Shown here piece by piece: positions 38,162-48,343 of a DNA stretch of 64,000 nucleotides. The notes under the pieces are model-generated. The model was not told the DNA's origin and did not search any database. It saw only the letters and a list, made by a program, of their open reading frames with translations. Every line of letters begins with the position of its first letter. Positions within the stretch are counted from its first letter, which is position 1. Source of the DNA: Bradyrhizobium sp. (GTDB lineage Bacteria; Pseudomonadota; Alphaproteobacteria; Rhizobiales; Beijerinckiaceae); the NCBI GenBank assembly GCA_004799435.1, contig SSMV01000169.1:980-64979 (forward strand). Reading direction: 5' to 3'. The translations under genes were made by a program, and so were the position numbers.

Positions 38162-38292
38162 CTGGATTCTCGGCGCCATTGTCGCCGAAGACGTGTTTGC
38201 CAGCCGCAAATCGCCGGCGAGCGTGTCACGATCGGCGAGGCGAACGACTTTCGCCGTCATCTTGACCGCAGCAAAATAGGACATCTTGTTCG

Positions 38293-39348
38293 ATGTCACG
38301 AACCGAACGGATTCTCGAGGGCGTCACCAAGGATATGCGCGGCATCGAGGTTGCGCCTTGGTTTGCGCCGCTCGCGCCCAAGCGTCAGGGCTTCAATTGT
38401 CTCACCCTCGATATCTTCGATCGCGAAACGCTCATTCAACGCGCCAAAGCCGATCCGAACATTCCGCGCGACGGGGCCGACGCGATCGAGGCCGTCGATC
38501 TTGTGGGCAATGCCTCAGAAATCGAGGCGCTTGTTCCCGCGCGTGACCACGGCGCTTTCGACTACGTGGTCAGCTCGCATAATTTCGAACACCTGCCCAA
38601 CCCGATCAAATTCCTCCAGGGTTGTAGCCGCGTTCTGAAGCCGGGCGGCCTCCTGTCGATGGCCGTGCCCGATGGGCGGGCGTGTTTCGATTTTTTCCGT
38701 CCGCACACCACCGTCGGCGACTGGTTACTCGCCTATCGTGACGCCCGCATCAAGCCGAGCGCCGACCAGCTCTTCCAATCTCGCGCCTATAGGTCGGCGC
38801 TGCGCAACGACGGCAAGGATCTTTACGCCTTCTCGATCCAAGACGATCCGGCGCGCGTGACAATGACCGGAGACCTTGACGAGGCCTATCGCGCTTGGCT
38901 GAGCACGACCGAAGCCGATCCCTATGTCGACGCGCATTGCTCGGTCATGACTCCCGCATCTTTCGAACTTCTGATTGAGGAGTGCCGGCATCTCGGCTTG
39001 ACGTCTTTCGCGTGCGTCAGCGTTTCAGAGCCTGTCGGTTGCGAGTTCTACGTTCGCCTGGTGAACAAGGCCGAGGCGTCGTCCTCCGGGGACTTCAATG
39101 CGATCCGCACCGGCTTGGCGCACCGCATATGGAGTGAACGGGCGGCTGCTGCAGTGAACGCGGCCGATCGCACCGCTCCGTCGCCAGGTAGGATCGCCAA
39201 ACCGGAGGCCGGCGTAAAAGTGGCGCTTTCCACATCGGCAAACAAGCTAGATCGGCGTCCAGAGCCGAGTTTTCGTAAGAAGCTGAGCCTCAGGTACATT
39301 CACCCGCTCAAGAAGCGCATCGATGAATTCCGGGAGTCGATAGGATAA
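38293..39348 (+). CDS. Class I SAM-dependent methyltransferase of surface-glycan loci
   Basis: GIEVAPWFAP, FDYVVSSHNFEHLPNP and LKPGGLLSMAVPD. Confidence 0.8.
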   Translation: MSRTERILEGVTKDMRGIEVAPWFAPLAPKRQGFNCLTLDIFDRETLIQRAKADPNIPRDGADAIEAVDLVGNASEIEALVPARDHGAFDYVVSSHNFEHLPNPIKFLQGCSRVLKPGGLLSMAVPDGRACFDFFRPHTTVGDWLLAYRDARIKPSADQLFQSRAYRSALRNDGKDLYAFSIQDDPARVTMTGDLDEAYRAWLSTTEADPYVDAHCSVMTPASFELLIEECRHLGLTSFACVSVSEPVGCEFYVRLVNKAEASSSGDFNAIRTGLAHRIWSERAAAAVNAADRTAPSPGRIAKPEAGVKVALSTSANKLDRRPEPSFRKKLSLRYIHPLKKRIDEFRESIG

Positions 39349-39548
39349 CGAGCGACCCGGCCCGCGGCGGCCATCCTGGGACGATGAAATCCGGCTGACG
39401 TGACAAATCTGTCGCTCGACGCCGGCCGCTTCTATCGACTGCGCACGACCGAAGGCGCTCGTGAGCGCGGCTATGCGCGCTTTTCATTTGATCGCGATTT
39501 CCATGCGATCGGTCCATAGCCGCCGAATGAACAATCCGCGACGGCTCG

Positions 39549-41552
39549 CTATTGCTCAATCAGCGCGCGAACCTTCGCGCCCAGCGCATCCAGCGCAAAT
39601 GGCTTGGTCAGCATGTCCATGCCTGGGGCAAGGAAGTCGGCGCGACGCGTGGCCTCGGAAGCGTAACCGCTGACGAAGAGAATCTTCAAATTAGGCCGCG
39701 CGGCTCGGGCGACCTCGGCGAGTTTGCGGCCATTGATATGAGGCAGCACGACGTCGGACACCATGAGATGTATGGGTCGGTCGGATTTGAGGATCGGAAT
39801 GGCGACGCGCGCGTCGGGCGTGGCGAGAACCGAATAACCCAGCTCCTCCAGAACATCGGTGATGATCGATCGAACCGTGACGTCGTCCTCGACGACCAGG
39901 ATCCGCTCGCCTTTTCCACGCGGCGCGACAAGCGGCGCGGCGCTGATCTCGATGGCGTCCTGCAAGGCGCGGGGCAGGAAGAGTTCGACGGTCGTGCCGT
40001 AGCCGACCTGGCTGCGGATTTGCAGGTGGCCGCGACTCTGTCGGGCAAATCCGGCGATCATCGAAAGTCCGAGACCCGTTCCCTCTCCCACCTGTTTGGT
40101 GGTGAAGAAAGGATCGGTCGCTTTGGCGATCACCTCCGGCGACATGCCGGTTCCCGTGTCCGCTACGCTGATGACGACATAATCGCCCGGCTCAAGGCCC
40201 TCGTGGCGGGAGGTGTAGGTCTCCTCAAGCCGGGCGTTCGCCGTCGAAATCGTCAACGCGCCGCCCTCAGGCATCGCGTCGCGCGAATTGATCGCCAGAT
40301 TCAAAATGGCGTTTTCGAGCTGATTGGCGTCGGTGAAAGCGTTCCAGAGATTGTCGGCAAGACGGGCGTGCAGCTGAATGGGTTCGCCCAATGTCCGGTG
40401 AAGAAGATCCTGGATACTGGCGATCAGGCGATTGACGTCGTTCGGCCTGGGATCGAGCGGCTGACGGCGGGCGAAGGCGAGCAGGCGATGCGTGAGAGCG
40501 GCCGCGCGATGCGCCGATAGCGTCGCGGCGTCCATGAAGCGGGGGATATCGTCAAGGCGCGTCCCCGTCGCCATGCGCCTGCGGACGAGATCGAGCGAGC
40601 CGATGATGCCGGTCAGCAGATTGTTGAAATCATGCGCGATGCCGCCGGTGAGATGGCCTATGGCCTCCATTTTCTGGGACTGGCGCAGAGCCTCTTGAGC
40701 GCTCGCCAATTCGATCTCGGCCAGTTTTTCTGCAGTGATGTCCCGGCCGGTGCAATAGACAAAGCCGTCTTCCTGGATGCCGATCCATGAAATCCAGCGA
40801 TAGCCGCCATCCTTGCAGCGATAGCGATTGACGAAGCGAAGCGCCGGCTGATCGGCGAGCGTCAGTTCAAAACCAGCGCGCGTGTGTTCCAGATCGTCGG
40901 GATGCAGAAGTTCGAAAATCGACATGCTGGCGACTTCCGACTCGGACCAGCCAAGCACGGCCTGCCATGCCGGGTTTGACGTCTCGAAATAGCCTTTCGC
41001 ATTCAAGGCGCCCAGAAGATCGGGGCTGAGACTCCAGGTCAGGCTGCGCGCCTGGGCGCGCTCGATGACCCGTCTCTCAAGATCGAGATTGAGAGCGCGC
41101 AGACGCGCCTCGGACTCCCTCAGCGCGTTTTCGGTGGCGTGTCTTTTTGTCTGATCCGATCCCTCGACGAAAATCGCCGTGACGTCGCCTGCTTCATTCT
41201 TGACCGGCTGATAGACGAAATCGAGAAACCGGGTTTCTGGCGCGCCGCCATCGGGCGGTTGAAGCGCAATCTCGATGTTATGGCCGATGAAGGGCTTTCC
41301 GCTGGAAACGACGCCATCGAGCAGGGCTAAAAACCCCTGGCTCTCGATCTCAGGAAAGGCCTCGCGAACAGTTCGTCCGATGACAGGGCGCCCGACCAAA
41401 GATTTATAGGCCGGATTCGCCAATGCGAACCGATAGTCGGGGCATTGAAGAAGCGCTGAGAAACTCGGCGATTGAGCGAATATCTCGCGAAGTCTCGCCA
41501 GCTCGTCGCCGCCGTCCGTCTCTCCCGTGGAATTATCGTTGGCGCCGCTCAT
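39549..41552 (-). CDS. Hybrid sensor histidine kinase (two PAS, HisKA, HATPase, REC)
   Basis: [10 protein letters not shown]-box, [23 protein letters not shown], and receiver VVEDD..SDVVLP..SGY..KPF. The real start is MSGAND (41552). Confidence 0.93.
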   Translation of the reverse strand: MSGANDNSTGETDGGDELARLREIFAQSPSFSALLQCPDYRFALANPAYKSLVGRPVIGRTVREAFPEIESQGFLALLDGVVSSGKPFIGHNIEIALQPPDGGAPETRFLDFVYQPVKNEAGDVTAIFVEGSDQTKRHATENALRESEARLRALNLDLERRVIERAQARSLTWSLSPDLLGALNAKGYFETSNPAWQAVLGWSESEVASMSIFELLHPDDLEHTRAGFELTLADQPALRFVNRYRCKDGGYRWISWIGIQEDGFVYCTGRDITAEKLAEIELASAQEALRQSQKMEAIGHLTGGIAHDFNNLLTGIIGSLDLVRRRMATGTRLDDIPRFMDAATLSAHRAAALTHRLLAFARRQPLDPRPNDVNRLIASIQDLLHRTLGEPIQLHARLADNLWNAFTDANQLENAILNLAINSRDAMPEGGALTISTANARLEETYTSRHEGLEPGDYVVISVADTGTGMSPEVIAKATDPFFTTKQVGEGTGLGLSMIAGFARQSRGHLQIRSQVGYGTTVELFLPRALQDAIEISAAPLVAPRGKGERILVVEDDVTVRSIITDVLEELGYSVLATPDARVAIPILKSDRPIHLMVSDVVLPHINGRKLAEVARAARPNLKILFVSGYASEATRRADFLAPGMDMLTKPFALDALGAKVRALIEQ

Positions 41553-41654
41553 AGGTCTATGACTACTCGAAGATGTCGCCGGGGTCAGCCCCGCTTTCCC
41601 GCCGTGCTGGTTTCGGGCTAAACCGCTTCTTCTCACCAAGCGGCGGGTTGGGGT

Positions 41655-42593
41655 GTGACGCAGCAAAAGACGACGAAGGCGAAAGCGCCGAGCGCGCAGC
41701 CGGTCGCCGTCGATCTCACCGCCGTTCTGGTCGCGGTGGCCGACGGGCGTCCGCTCGTCATGACGATTGAGGACGGGTGGGCGTTGCCGTCGGGCCCCTT
41801 CGCGGTCGAGCATCGCTCGCTGCAGGCGGGTTTGCGCGGCTGGGTGGAGCGCCAAACCGGGCATCCGCTCGGCTATGTCGAACAGCTCTACACCTTCGCC
41901 GATTCGGATCGCCGCCAGGGCGTCGAAGGCGCGCAGGCGATTTCGATCAGTTATCTCGGCCTGTTGCAGGCGCAACCTTCGATCGTGCCACTGACCGGCT
42001 GGCGGCCTTGGTACGACTACTTCCCCTGGGAGGATCATCGCGGCGGCGCGCCGCAGCTTATCGCCAAGACAATCGCGCCCGAATTGCGCCGCTGGGCGAA
42101 AAGCGGCGAGACGGGCGCGCGCTGGAACCGCGCGGCGATCGCCTTCGGTCTCGAGGGGCGAGGCTGGAACGAGGAGCTGGTTCTACAGCGCTACGAGCTC
42201 CTTTATGAGGCTCAGTTGATCGCCGAGGCGCAGCAGGCGTCACGCAAAGGCGCGGCGGAACTCGGCCGCCCGATGATCGGCGATCATCGGCGAATTCTCG
42301 CCACCGGCATCGCCAGGGTGCGCGCCAAGATCAAATACAATCCCGTTGTGTTCGAACTGATGGCCCCTGTCTTCACCATGCTGCAGCTGCAGCGCTGCGT
42401 TGAGGCGATTGCCGGGCTCGATGTCCATAAGCCGAATTTCCGGCGTCTCATCGAGCAGCAGCAACTCGTCGAAGAGACTGGCGAATCCGTCACCGACACC
42501 GGCGGGCGGCCAGCCAGGGCCTTCCGCTTCCGCGCCGCCGTCCGTGAGGAGCGCGCTGCGGCCGGAACGAAATTGCCGCTCGCCCGCTCTTGA
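41655..42593 (+). CDS. nadQ: NAD-responsive regulator NadQ (NUDIX-like plus wHTH)
   Basis: LPSGPF, QTGHPLGYVEQLYTFAD, FPWEDHR, LATGIARVRAKIKYNP and KPNFRRLI; lies directly upstream of nadABC. Confidence 0.88.
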   Translation: MTQQKTTKAKAPSAQPVAVDLTAVLVAVADGRPLVMTIEDGWALPSGPFAVEHRSLQAGLRGWVERQTGHPLGYVEQLYTFADSDRRQGVEGAQAISISYLGLLQAQPSIVPLTGWRPWYDYFPWEDHRGGAPQLIAKTIAPELRRWAKSGETGARWNRAAIAFGLEGRGWNEELVLQRYELLYEAQLIAEAQQASRKGAAELGRPMIGDHRRILATGIARVRAKIKYNPVVFELMAPVFTMLQLQRCVEAIAGLDVHKPNFRRLIEQQQLVEETGESVTDTGGRPARAFRFRAAVREERAAAGTKLPLARS

Positions 42594-42595
42594 CA
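42590..42595 (+). promoter_or_regulatory. Candidate sigma70 -35 hexamer TTGACA of the nadABC promoter, overlapping the nadQ stop codon
   Basis: Exact TTGACA followed by an AT-rich block containing the NadQ boxes. Confidence 0.5.
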
Positions 42596-42599
42596 CGCC

Positions 42600-42646
42600 T
42601 TATTCTCATGATAAGTATATCCTATATATTCTCGTTGTGAGTATAA
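42600..42646. promoter_or_regulatory. Two tandem NadQ operators: TTATTCTCATGATAAGTATAT (42600-42620) and ATATTCTCGTTGTGAGTATAA (42626-42646)
   Basis: Both 21-mers match the NadQ consensus as I recall it (ttATRCTCannntGAGYATaa), and sit immediately before nadA. Confidence 0.82.
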
Positions 42647-42650
42647 AGCC

Positions 42651-43631
42651 ATGCTTGCATTGGAGACGCCACAGCCGGCAAGCGTCCTCTATGCGCGGGT
42701 CAGCCGTGTCATCACGCCGATGGAATGGCCGGCCTTCGCCGCCGACGCCGAGGCGATCCTGCGCCTGAAGCGCCAACGCGAGGCGATCATCCTCGCCCAC
42801 AACTACCAATCGCCCGAGATCTTCCACTGTGTCGCCGATGTGGTCGGCGACAGCCTGGCGCTGGCGCGCGAGGCGGCGCGAAGCGACGCCAAAGTGATCG
42901 TGATGGCGGGCGTCCATTTCATGGCCGAGACCGCCAAGCTCATGAATCCGTCGAAGATTGTGCTGACCCCCGACCTAAAAGCTGGATGTTCGCTCGCCGA
43001 GTCGATCACACCGGCCGATGTCGCGCTGCTGCGGGCGGCCTATCCCGGCGTTCCGATCGTCACTTACGTCAACACCTCGGCCGCAGTGAAGGCGGTCTCC
43101 GATATTTGCTGCACCTCGGCCAACGCCCGCAAAGTCGTCGAATCGCTTGGCGTTCCACGCGTCATCATGATCCCCGATGAATATCTGGCGCGCAATGTTG
43201 CGGCGGAAACCTCGGTCGAGATCATCGCCTGGCGCGGACGCTGCGAAGTGCATGAACAATTCACCGCCGCCGACATTCGCGAATTGCGCGAGGCCCATCC
43301 AGACGCAATCGTCCTCGCCCATCCCGAATGTTCGCCCGAAGTCGTCGCGGCTGCCGATTTCGCCGGCTCGACCGCCGACATGATCGGCTATGTCGGACAG
43401 AAGCGGCCGGCGCGCGTGGCGCTCGTCACCGAATGTTCGATGAGCGACAATGTCGCGGTTCATTATCCGGAAGTCGAGTTCGTGCGGCCCTGCGCGCTCT
43501 GTCCGCATATGAAGCGCATAACGCTCGCCAAGATCCGGCGCGCGTTGGAGACGCTGTCGGACGAAGTGACGATCGATCCCGCAATCGCCGCGCCGGCGCG
43601 CCGCGCGGTCGAACGGATGCTGGCGCTATGA
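42651..43631 (+). CDS. nadA: Quinolinate synthase
   Basis: [40 protein letters not shown] and CPHMKRIT. Confidence 0.97.
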   Translation: MLALETPQPASVLYARVSRVITPMEWPAFAADAEAILRLKRQREAIILAHNYQSPEIFHCVADVVGDSLALAREAARSDAKVIVMAGVHFMAETAKLMNPSKIVLTPDLKAGCSLAESITPADVALLRAAYPGVPIVTYVNTSAAVKAVSDICCTSANARKVVESLGVPRVIMIPDEYLARNVAAETSVEIIAWRGRCEVHEQFTAADIRELREAHPDAIVLAHPECSPEVVAAADFAGSTADMIGYVGQKRPARVALVTECSMSDNVAVHYPEVEFVRPCALCPHMKRITLAKIRRALETLSDEVTIDPAIAAPARRAVERMLAL

Positions 43632-45172
43632 ACGCCGAGTTCCTGCCGCTGCGCGGTGGCGCCGTCATCATCGGCGCAGGCCTCGCCGGGCTGATGACGG
43701 CGCTGGAACTGGCGCCGCGGCCGGTCGTCGTCCTCTCCAAGGGGCCGCTCGGCGGCGAAGGTTCGACGCTCTTGGCGCAAGGCGGCCTCGCCGCCGCGCT
43801 CGGCGCCACGGATAGTCCTCAAGCCCATGCCGCCGACACGCTCCGAGCTGGCGACGGGCTCTGCGATCCGGCGGCGGTCGAATTTTTCACCGACGCCGCT
43901 CCGGCGGCGATCGAAATACTGGCGCGGCTCGGCGTGCGTTTCGATCGCGACGCCAATGGCGCTTATGCGCTCGGCCTCGAGGCGGCCCATCGCAGCGCGC
44001 GGATCGTCCGTGCCGGCGGCGACGGCAGCGGCCGCGAATTGATGCGGGCGCTTGTCGAGGCGGCGCGCGCGACGCCATCGATCGCCATTCTCGAAGGCGT
44101 CGAAGCGAGACGGTTGATCGTCGAGGAGAGCAAGATTTGCGGCCTTGTCGCCTCTGGGCCGGCCGGCGTCGTGTCGCTGGCCGCCGACAAGGTGGTGATC
44201 GCGACGGGCGGAATCGGCGGCCTTTTTGAGGACAGCACCAATCCGCCAACCAGCTTTGGCCAGGGCCTAGCGCTCGCCGCGCGCGCCGGCGCGGCCCTCG
44301 CCGATGTCGAATTCATTCAATTTCACCCGACCGCGCTCGATGTCGCCGGCCTGTCGCCGCCGTTAGTCAGCGAGGCGGTGCGCGGCGAAGGCGCGATCCT
44401 GATCGATGAGACCGGCGAGCGCTTCATGGCCGATACGCCGGGCGCGGAGCTGGCGCCGCGCGATATTGTCGCGCGCGCCATCTGGCGCCGTCGCGCCGCC
44501 GGCCGGCGCGTGTATCTCGACGCGCGCGCGGCGCTTGGAGCCCGTTTCGCAACGCGCTTTCCGACCATCGCCGCCGCCTGCGTGGCGAATGGCGTCGATC
44601 CGGCGCATGAACCGATCCCGGTGCGCCCGGCGCAGCATTATCATATGGGCGGCGTCGCTGTGGACGCCGAAGGCCGCAGCTCGGTCGCCGGCCTGTGGGT
44701 CTGCGGCGAGGCCGCGGCGACCGGATTGCACGGCGCCAATCGGCTGGCGAGCAATTCGCTGATCGAGGCGGTGGTCGGCGCGGCGGCCGTGGCGCGCTCG
44801 ATCGAAACGACGTCATCGCGCGAGGCGAAATTGCCGCGCGCTCTAAATCGTCCACCCAGCGCGTCCGATCCCCGGTCCATCCGGCCGCTGCTTTCGCGAG
44901 CGGCGGGGGTCGAACGCGACGCCGCCTCCTTGCGCGCCGCGCTCGCGCCTCTGGCGGCGCTCGCGCGTTCAACGGCTCCGAGCGCCGATCCGGCGGCGGT
45001 CGCGCTGACGATCGTCGCGGCGGCCTTCCGTCGCGAGCATAGTCTTGGCGCGCATTTCCGTCTCGATTTTCCGCAGCGCCCCGCCGCGCCGCGCCGCTCG
45101 CGCATCACGCTCGACGAAGCGCTGGCGACTGCGGACGCGCTCGCGCCGGTCGCCCTCGCCAAACGAGCTTAG
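43628..45172 (+). CDS. nadB: L-aspartate oxidase
   Basis: [36 protein letters not shown] and [12 protein letters not shown]. The ATG overlaps the nadA stop. Confidence 0.96.
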   Translation: MNAEFLPLRGGAVIIGAGLAGLMTALELAPRPVVVLSKGPLGGEGSTLLAQGGLAAALGATDSPQAHAADTLRAGDGLCDPAAVEFFTDAAPAAIEILARLGVRFDRDANGAYALGLEAAHRSARIVRAGGDGSGRELMRALVEAARATPSIAILEGVEARRLIVEESKICGLVASGPAGVVSLAADKVVIATGGIGGLFEDSTNPPTSFGQGLALAARAGAALADVEFIQFHPTALDVAGLSPPLVSEAVRGEGAILIDETGERFMADTPGAELAPRDIVARAIWRRRAAGRRVYLDARAALGARFATRFPTIAAACVANGVDPAHEPIPVRPAQHYHMGGVAVDAEGRSSVAGLWVCGEAAATGLHGANRLASNSLIEAVVGAAAVARSIETTSSREAKLPRALNRPPSASDPRSIRPLLSRAAGVERDAASLRAALAPLAALARSTAPSADPAAVALTIVAAAFRREHSLGAHFRLDFPQRPAAPRRSRITLDEALATADALAPVALAKRA

Positions 45173-45190
45173 AACAGATCGAGCCAAACC

Positions 45191-46042
45191 ATGCCTCTTG
45201 TTCCGCTCCCTCAATTGCTCATCGAACCGATCGTGCGCGGCGCGCTCCTCGAAGACCTTGGGCGCGCCGGCGACATCACCACTGACGCGATCGCCGCGTC
45301 CGACAGCAAAATGAAAACCGTCATGGCCGCGCGGCAGGCCGGCGTCGTCGCTGGCGTCGATCTCGCGGCGCTGGCCTTCACATTGATCGATCCGGCGGTG
45401 CGATTTGTCGCGCTGGCGCCCGACGGCGCCACCGTCGCGCCGGGAACGCCGATTGCGACGATCGAGGGTTCGGCCCGCGGCGTGCTCACCGGGGAGCGCG
45501 TCGCGCTCAATTTCGTCTGCCGCCTCAGCGGCGTCGCCAGCGCGACTGCGAAGCTGGTCGCCGCCGTCGCGGGAACCAAAGCGCGCATCGTCTGCACTCG
45601 CAAGACGACGCCAATGATGCGGGCGATCGAGAAACACGCCGTGCGCGCCGGCGGCGGCGCCAACCATCGCTTCGGCCTCGACGATGCGGCGCTGATCAAG
45701 GACAATCACGTCGCAATCGCCGGCGGCGTCGGCGAGGCGATCCGGCGCGTGCGCGCGCATGTCGGCCATCTCGTCAAAATCGAAGTCGAGGTCGACACGC
45801 TCGCGCAGCTCGAGGAAGCACTCACTGTGGGCGCCGACGCCGTGCTGCTCGACAATATGACGCTCGACGACTTGCGGCGCGGCGTCGCCATGATCGGCGG
45901 CCGGGCGATCAGCGAAGCCTCGGGCCGCGTCGATCTCGAGACCGCCGCCGCCATTGCCGCCACGGGCGTCGATCTCATATCGGTCGGCTGGATCACCCAT
46001 AGCGCGCCGATCCTCGACATCGGGCTCGATTACGCGGCCTAG
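45191..46042 (+). CDS. nadC: Nicotinate-nucleotide pyrophosphorylase (carboxylating)
   Basis: EDLGRAGDITT, CTRKTTP, HRFGLDD, IKDNH, EVEVD and LLDNM. Confidence 0.97.
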   Translation: MPLVPLPQLLIEPIVRGALLEDLGRAGDITTDAIAASDSKMKTVMAARQAGVVAGVDLAALAFTLIDPAVRFVALAPDGATVAPGTPIATIEGSARGVLTGERVALNFVCRLSGVASATAKLVAAVAGTKARIVCTRKTTPMMRAIEKHAVRAGGGANHRFGLDDAALIKDNHVAIAGGVGEAIRRVRAHVGHLVKIEVEVDTLAQLEEALTVGADAVLLDNMTLDDLRRGVAMIGGRAISEASGRVDLETAAAIAATGVDLISVGWITHSAPILDIGLDYAA

Positions 46043-46215
46043 TGGCGACTTCTCGCAGGAAGCCTTAAGGCCGCATCGGACCGACGAACATTGTTATCGA
46101 ATGGCTAACCAACCCGAGGAAAACCGGCCCTATCGGGATCACTATTCGGTGACGAAAAGGCGAGGCCGTGAGACCTTGCGTCTTGCGCTGTTCGTCTTTT
46201 TGGCCGGGAACGCCG

Positions 46216-48342
46216 ATGACCGATGCTGCCCCCGACGCCGCCCTTGAGGCGGTCATCGAAGCCAGGGTTCATGCGGAGCTCCAGCGTCGGCTGCAGATCA
46301 CGCCGGCATTGTTCCATTCCATCGACGAGAAGGGTCGTCTCGTCGCGGTGAGCGACGCCTGGCTCGCCAAATTCGGCTATACGCGCGAAGAGGTCATCGG
46401 GCGCCTTTCCTCGGAGTTTTTGACCGAAGCCTCGCGCGAATTCGCGGTTTCCAAGGTGCTGCCGGAATTCTTTCGCACCGGGCGCTGCGAGAATGTCGCC
46501 TATCAGATGGTGCGCAGGGACGGCGAGATTCTCGACGTGCTTCTCTCCGCGATGCTCTACCGCGGGCCGTCGAGCCACGGCTGCCTTTCCTTCGCAGTCA
46601 TCACCGACGTCACAGCGCTCAGCCAGACCAAGCGCCGGCTCGCCGAGAGCGAGCAGCTCTACCGTTGCGTGGTCGAAGACCAGTCCGAGCTGGTTTCGCT
46701 GGCCTCGGCGGACGGCGAACTGCGCTTTGTCAATCGCGCTTACGCGGATTTCTACGGCCTTGCTCCAGAGGCGATGATCGGCAGAAATCTGTTCGACTTC
46801 GTTCCCGAGGATCAGCGGGAATCGCTGAAGGCGCATTTTGGCCGGGTCTGTGCGGCGAAGAGCGTCATCGAGGACGAAAATCAGGTGATCTCGCCGACCG
46901 GCGAGAAGCGCTGGCTCGCCTGGACCAATCGCGCGCTGGTCGACGCGGACGGGCAGGTGACCGCCATCCATTCGGTCGGGCGCGACGTCGAGAATCGCGT
47001 GCGCGCTGAACAGCTCCTCAACGAAAGCGAAGCCCGCTACCGGTTCCTTGCCGAGAACTCGACCGATGTGATCATGCTGCTGGATACGAGCGGAAAGCGA
47101 TTCTACGTCTCGCCTTCCTGCAAGGCGCTGACCGGCTTCACGCCGGAGGAAATGCTCGCCAGCCGAACCCAGGACAGCGTCCATCCCGACGATCTCGAGC
47201 GCGGGTTGACGGCGCTCGCCAATCCGCAAGGCGAAGTCACAATCTGCTACCGGATGCGCCGCAAGGCGGGCGGCTATGTCTGGGTCGAGGCGGTCTGCAA
47301 GCCGGTTGTCATCGAAGGGCAGGGCGAACGGCGGCTGGCGGTGCTGCGCAACATCGACGAGCGCGTCGCCGCCGAGCAACGTCTGCTTGAGAGCGAGGCG
47401 AAATATCGGCTGCTTGCCGACAATAGCAATGACATGGTCGTCCAGCTCGATCGCGACCTCGTCCGCCGCTACGCCTCGCCGGCCTGCCGGGAGATCCTCG
47501 GCTACGAGCCGGAGGAGATGATCGGCGTCAGGCCTGTCGACATGGCGCATCCCGAGGATGCGCCACAATTGGAACTGGCGCTGCAATCGCTGCTGAATGG
47601 CGAGGTCGACCGGCATTCGAGCGTCAATCGCCTTCGCCACAGCAATGGCTCCTGGATCTGGGTCGAGGCGACGCTGCGAGCGATCAGAGACGCGGCGACC
47701 AGCACGGTCACCGGCATAACCGGCGCACTGCGCGACATTTCCATTCGCAAGGCGGTCGAAGACGAACTCGAACAGGCCAATCGGCGATTGCAGACGCTCG
47801 CCGGCGAGGACGCCCTGACGGGTCTCGCCAATCGGCGTGCTTTCGACGAGGCGATCGCGCGCGAATTCCGGCGCGCCAGGCGCGAGAAAAGCGCCGTCGG
47901 CCTGATCATGATCGACGTCGATCGATTCAAGAGGTTCAACGATCGTTACGGGCATCTGGCGGGGGACGATTGCCTGCGACGCATCGGCGGCGCGATTGCC
48001 GGCGTGCTGAAGCGACCGGGCGACATGGCGGCGCGTTACGGCGGCGAGGAATTCGTCGTGCTGCTGCCAAATACCGACAAGCAGGGCGCCGCCAAGGTCG
48101 CCGATCGCATCCGTCAATGCGTCGCCGATCTTTGCATCCCGCACAAGGACAACGAGCGTGGATATGTAACGATCAGCGCCGGCGCGAGCGTGACGCCGCC
48201 CGGGGCCGACATCACGCCCGACACGCAAATCGCCATCGCCGACGGAGCGCTCTATCGCGCGAAAGGACTGGGCCGCAACACCGTCGTTGTCGGACTGGAG
48301 ACCCACACATCCCACCAGCGCCGACCGGCCGACGCCGCGTGA
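46216..48342 (+). CDS. Diguanylate cyclase with four PAS domains
   Basis: Four PAS-like repeats, then DALTGLANRR, DVDRFKRFNDRYGH, the RPGD (RxxD) I-site and GGEEF. Confidence 0.94.
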   Translation: MTDAAPDAALEAVIEARVHAELQRRLQITPALFHSIDEKGRLVAVSDAWLAKFGYTREEVIGRLSSEFLTEASREFAVSKVLPEFFRTGRCENVAYQMVRRDGEILDVLLSAMLYRGPSSHGCLSFAVITDVTALSQTKRRLAESEQLYRCVVEDQSELVSLASADGELRFVNRAYADFYGLAPEAMIGRNLFDFVPEDQRESLKAHFGRVCAAKSVIEDENQVISPTGEKRWLAWTNRALVDADGQVTAIHSVGRDVENRVRAEQLLNESEARYRFLAENSTDVIMLLDTSGKRFYVSPSCKALTGFTPEEMLASRTQDSVHPDDLERGLTALANPQGEVTICYRMRRKAGGYVWVEAVCKPVVIEGQGERRLAVLRNIDERVAAEQRLLESEAKYRLLADNSNDMVVQLDRDLVRRYASPACREILGYEPEEMIGVRPVDMAHPEDAPQLELALQSLLNGEVDRHSSVNRLRHSNGSWIWVEATLRAIRDAATSTVTGITGALRDISIRKAVEDELEQANRRLQTLAGEDALTGLANRRAFDEAIAREFRRARREKSAVGLIMIDVDRFKRFNDRYGHLAGDDCLRRIGGAIAGVLKRPGDMAARYGGEEFVVLLPNTDKQGAAKVADRIRQCVADLCIPHKDNERGYVTISAGASVTPPGADITPDTQIAIADGALYRAKGLGRNTVVVGLETHTSHQRRPADAA

Positions 48343-48343
48343 G

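Noticed and set aside
41553-42038. N-terminal extension of the 829-aa hybrid kinase ORF
   Set aside because: It overlaps nadQ antisense and has shadow-like composition; the likely start is 41552.
46105-48315. 736-aa minus-strand ORF, and similar long antisense ORFs (55222-57276, 26838-28619, 59453-61030, 1419-2918, 20746-22098)
   Set aside because: Each is the exact antisense shadow of a well-supported gene. Stop-poor antisense frames are expected in GC-rich DNA with biased third positions, and they carry no family motifs.
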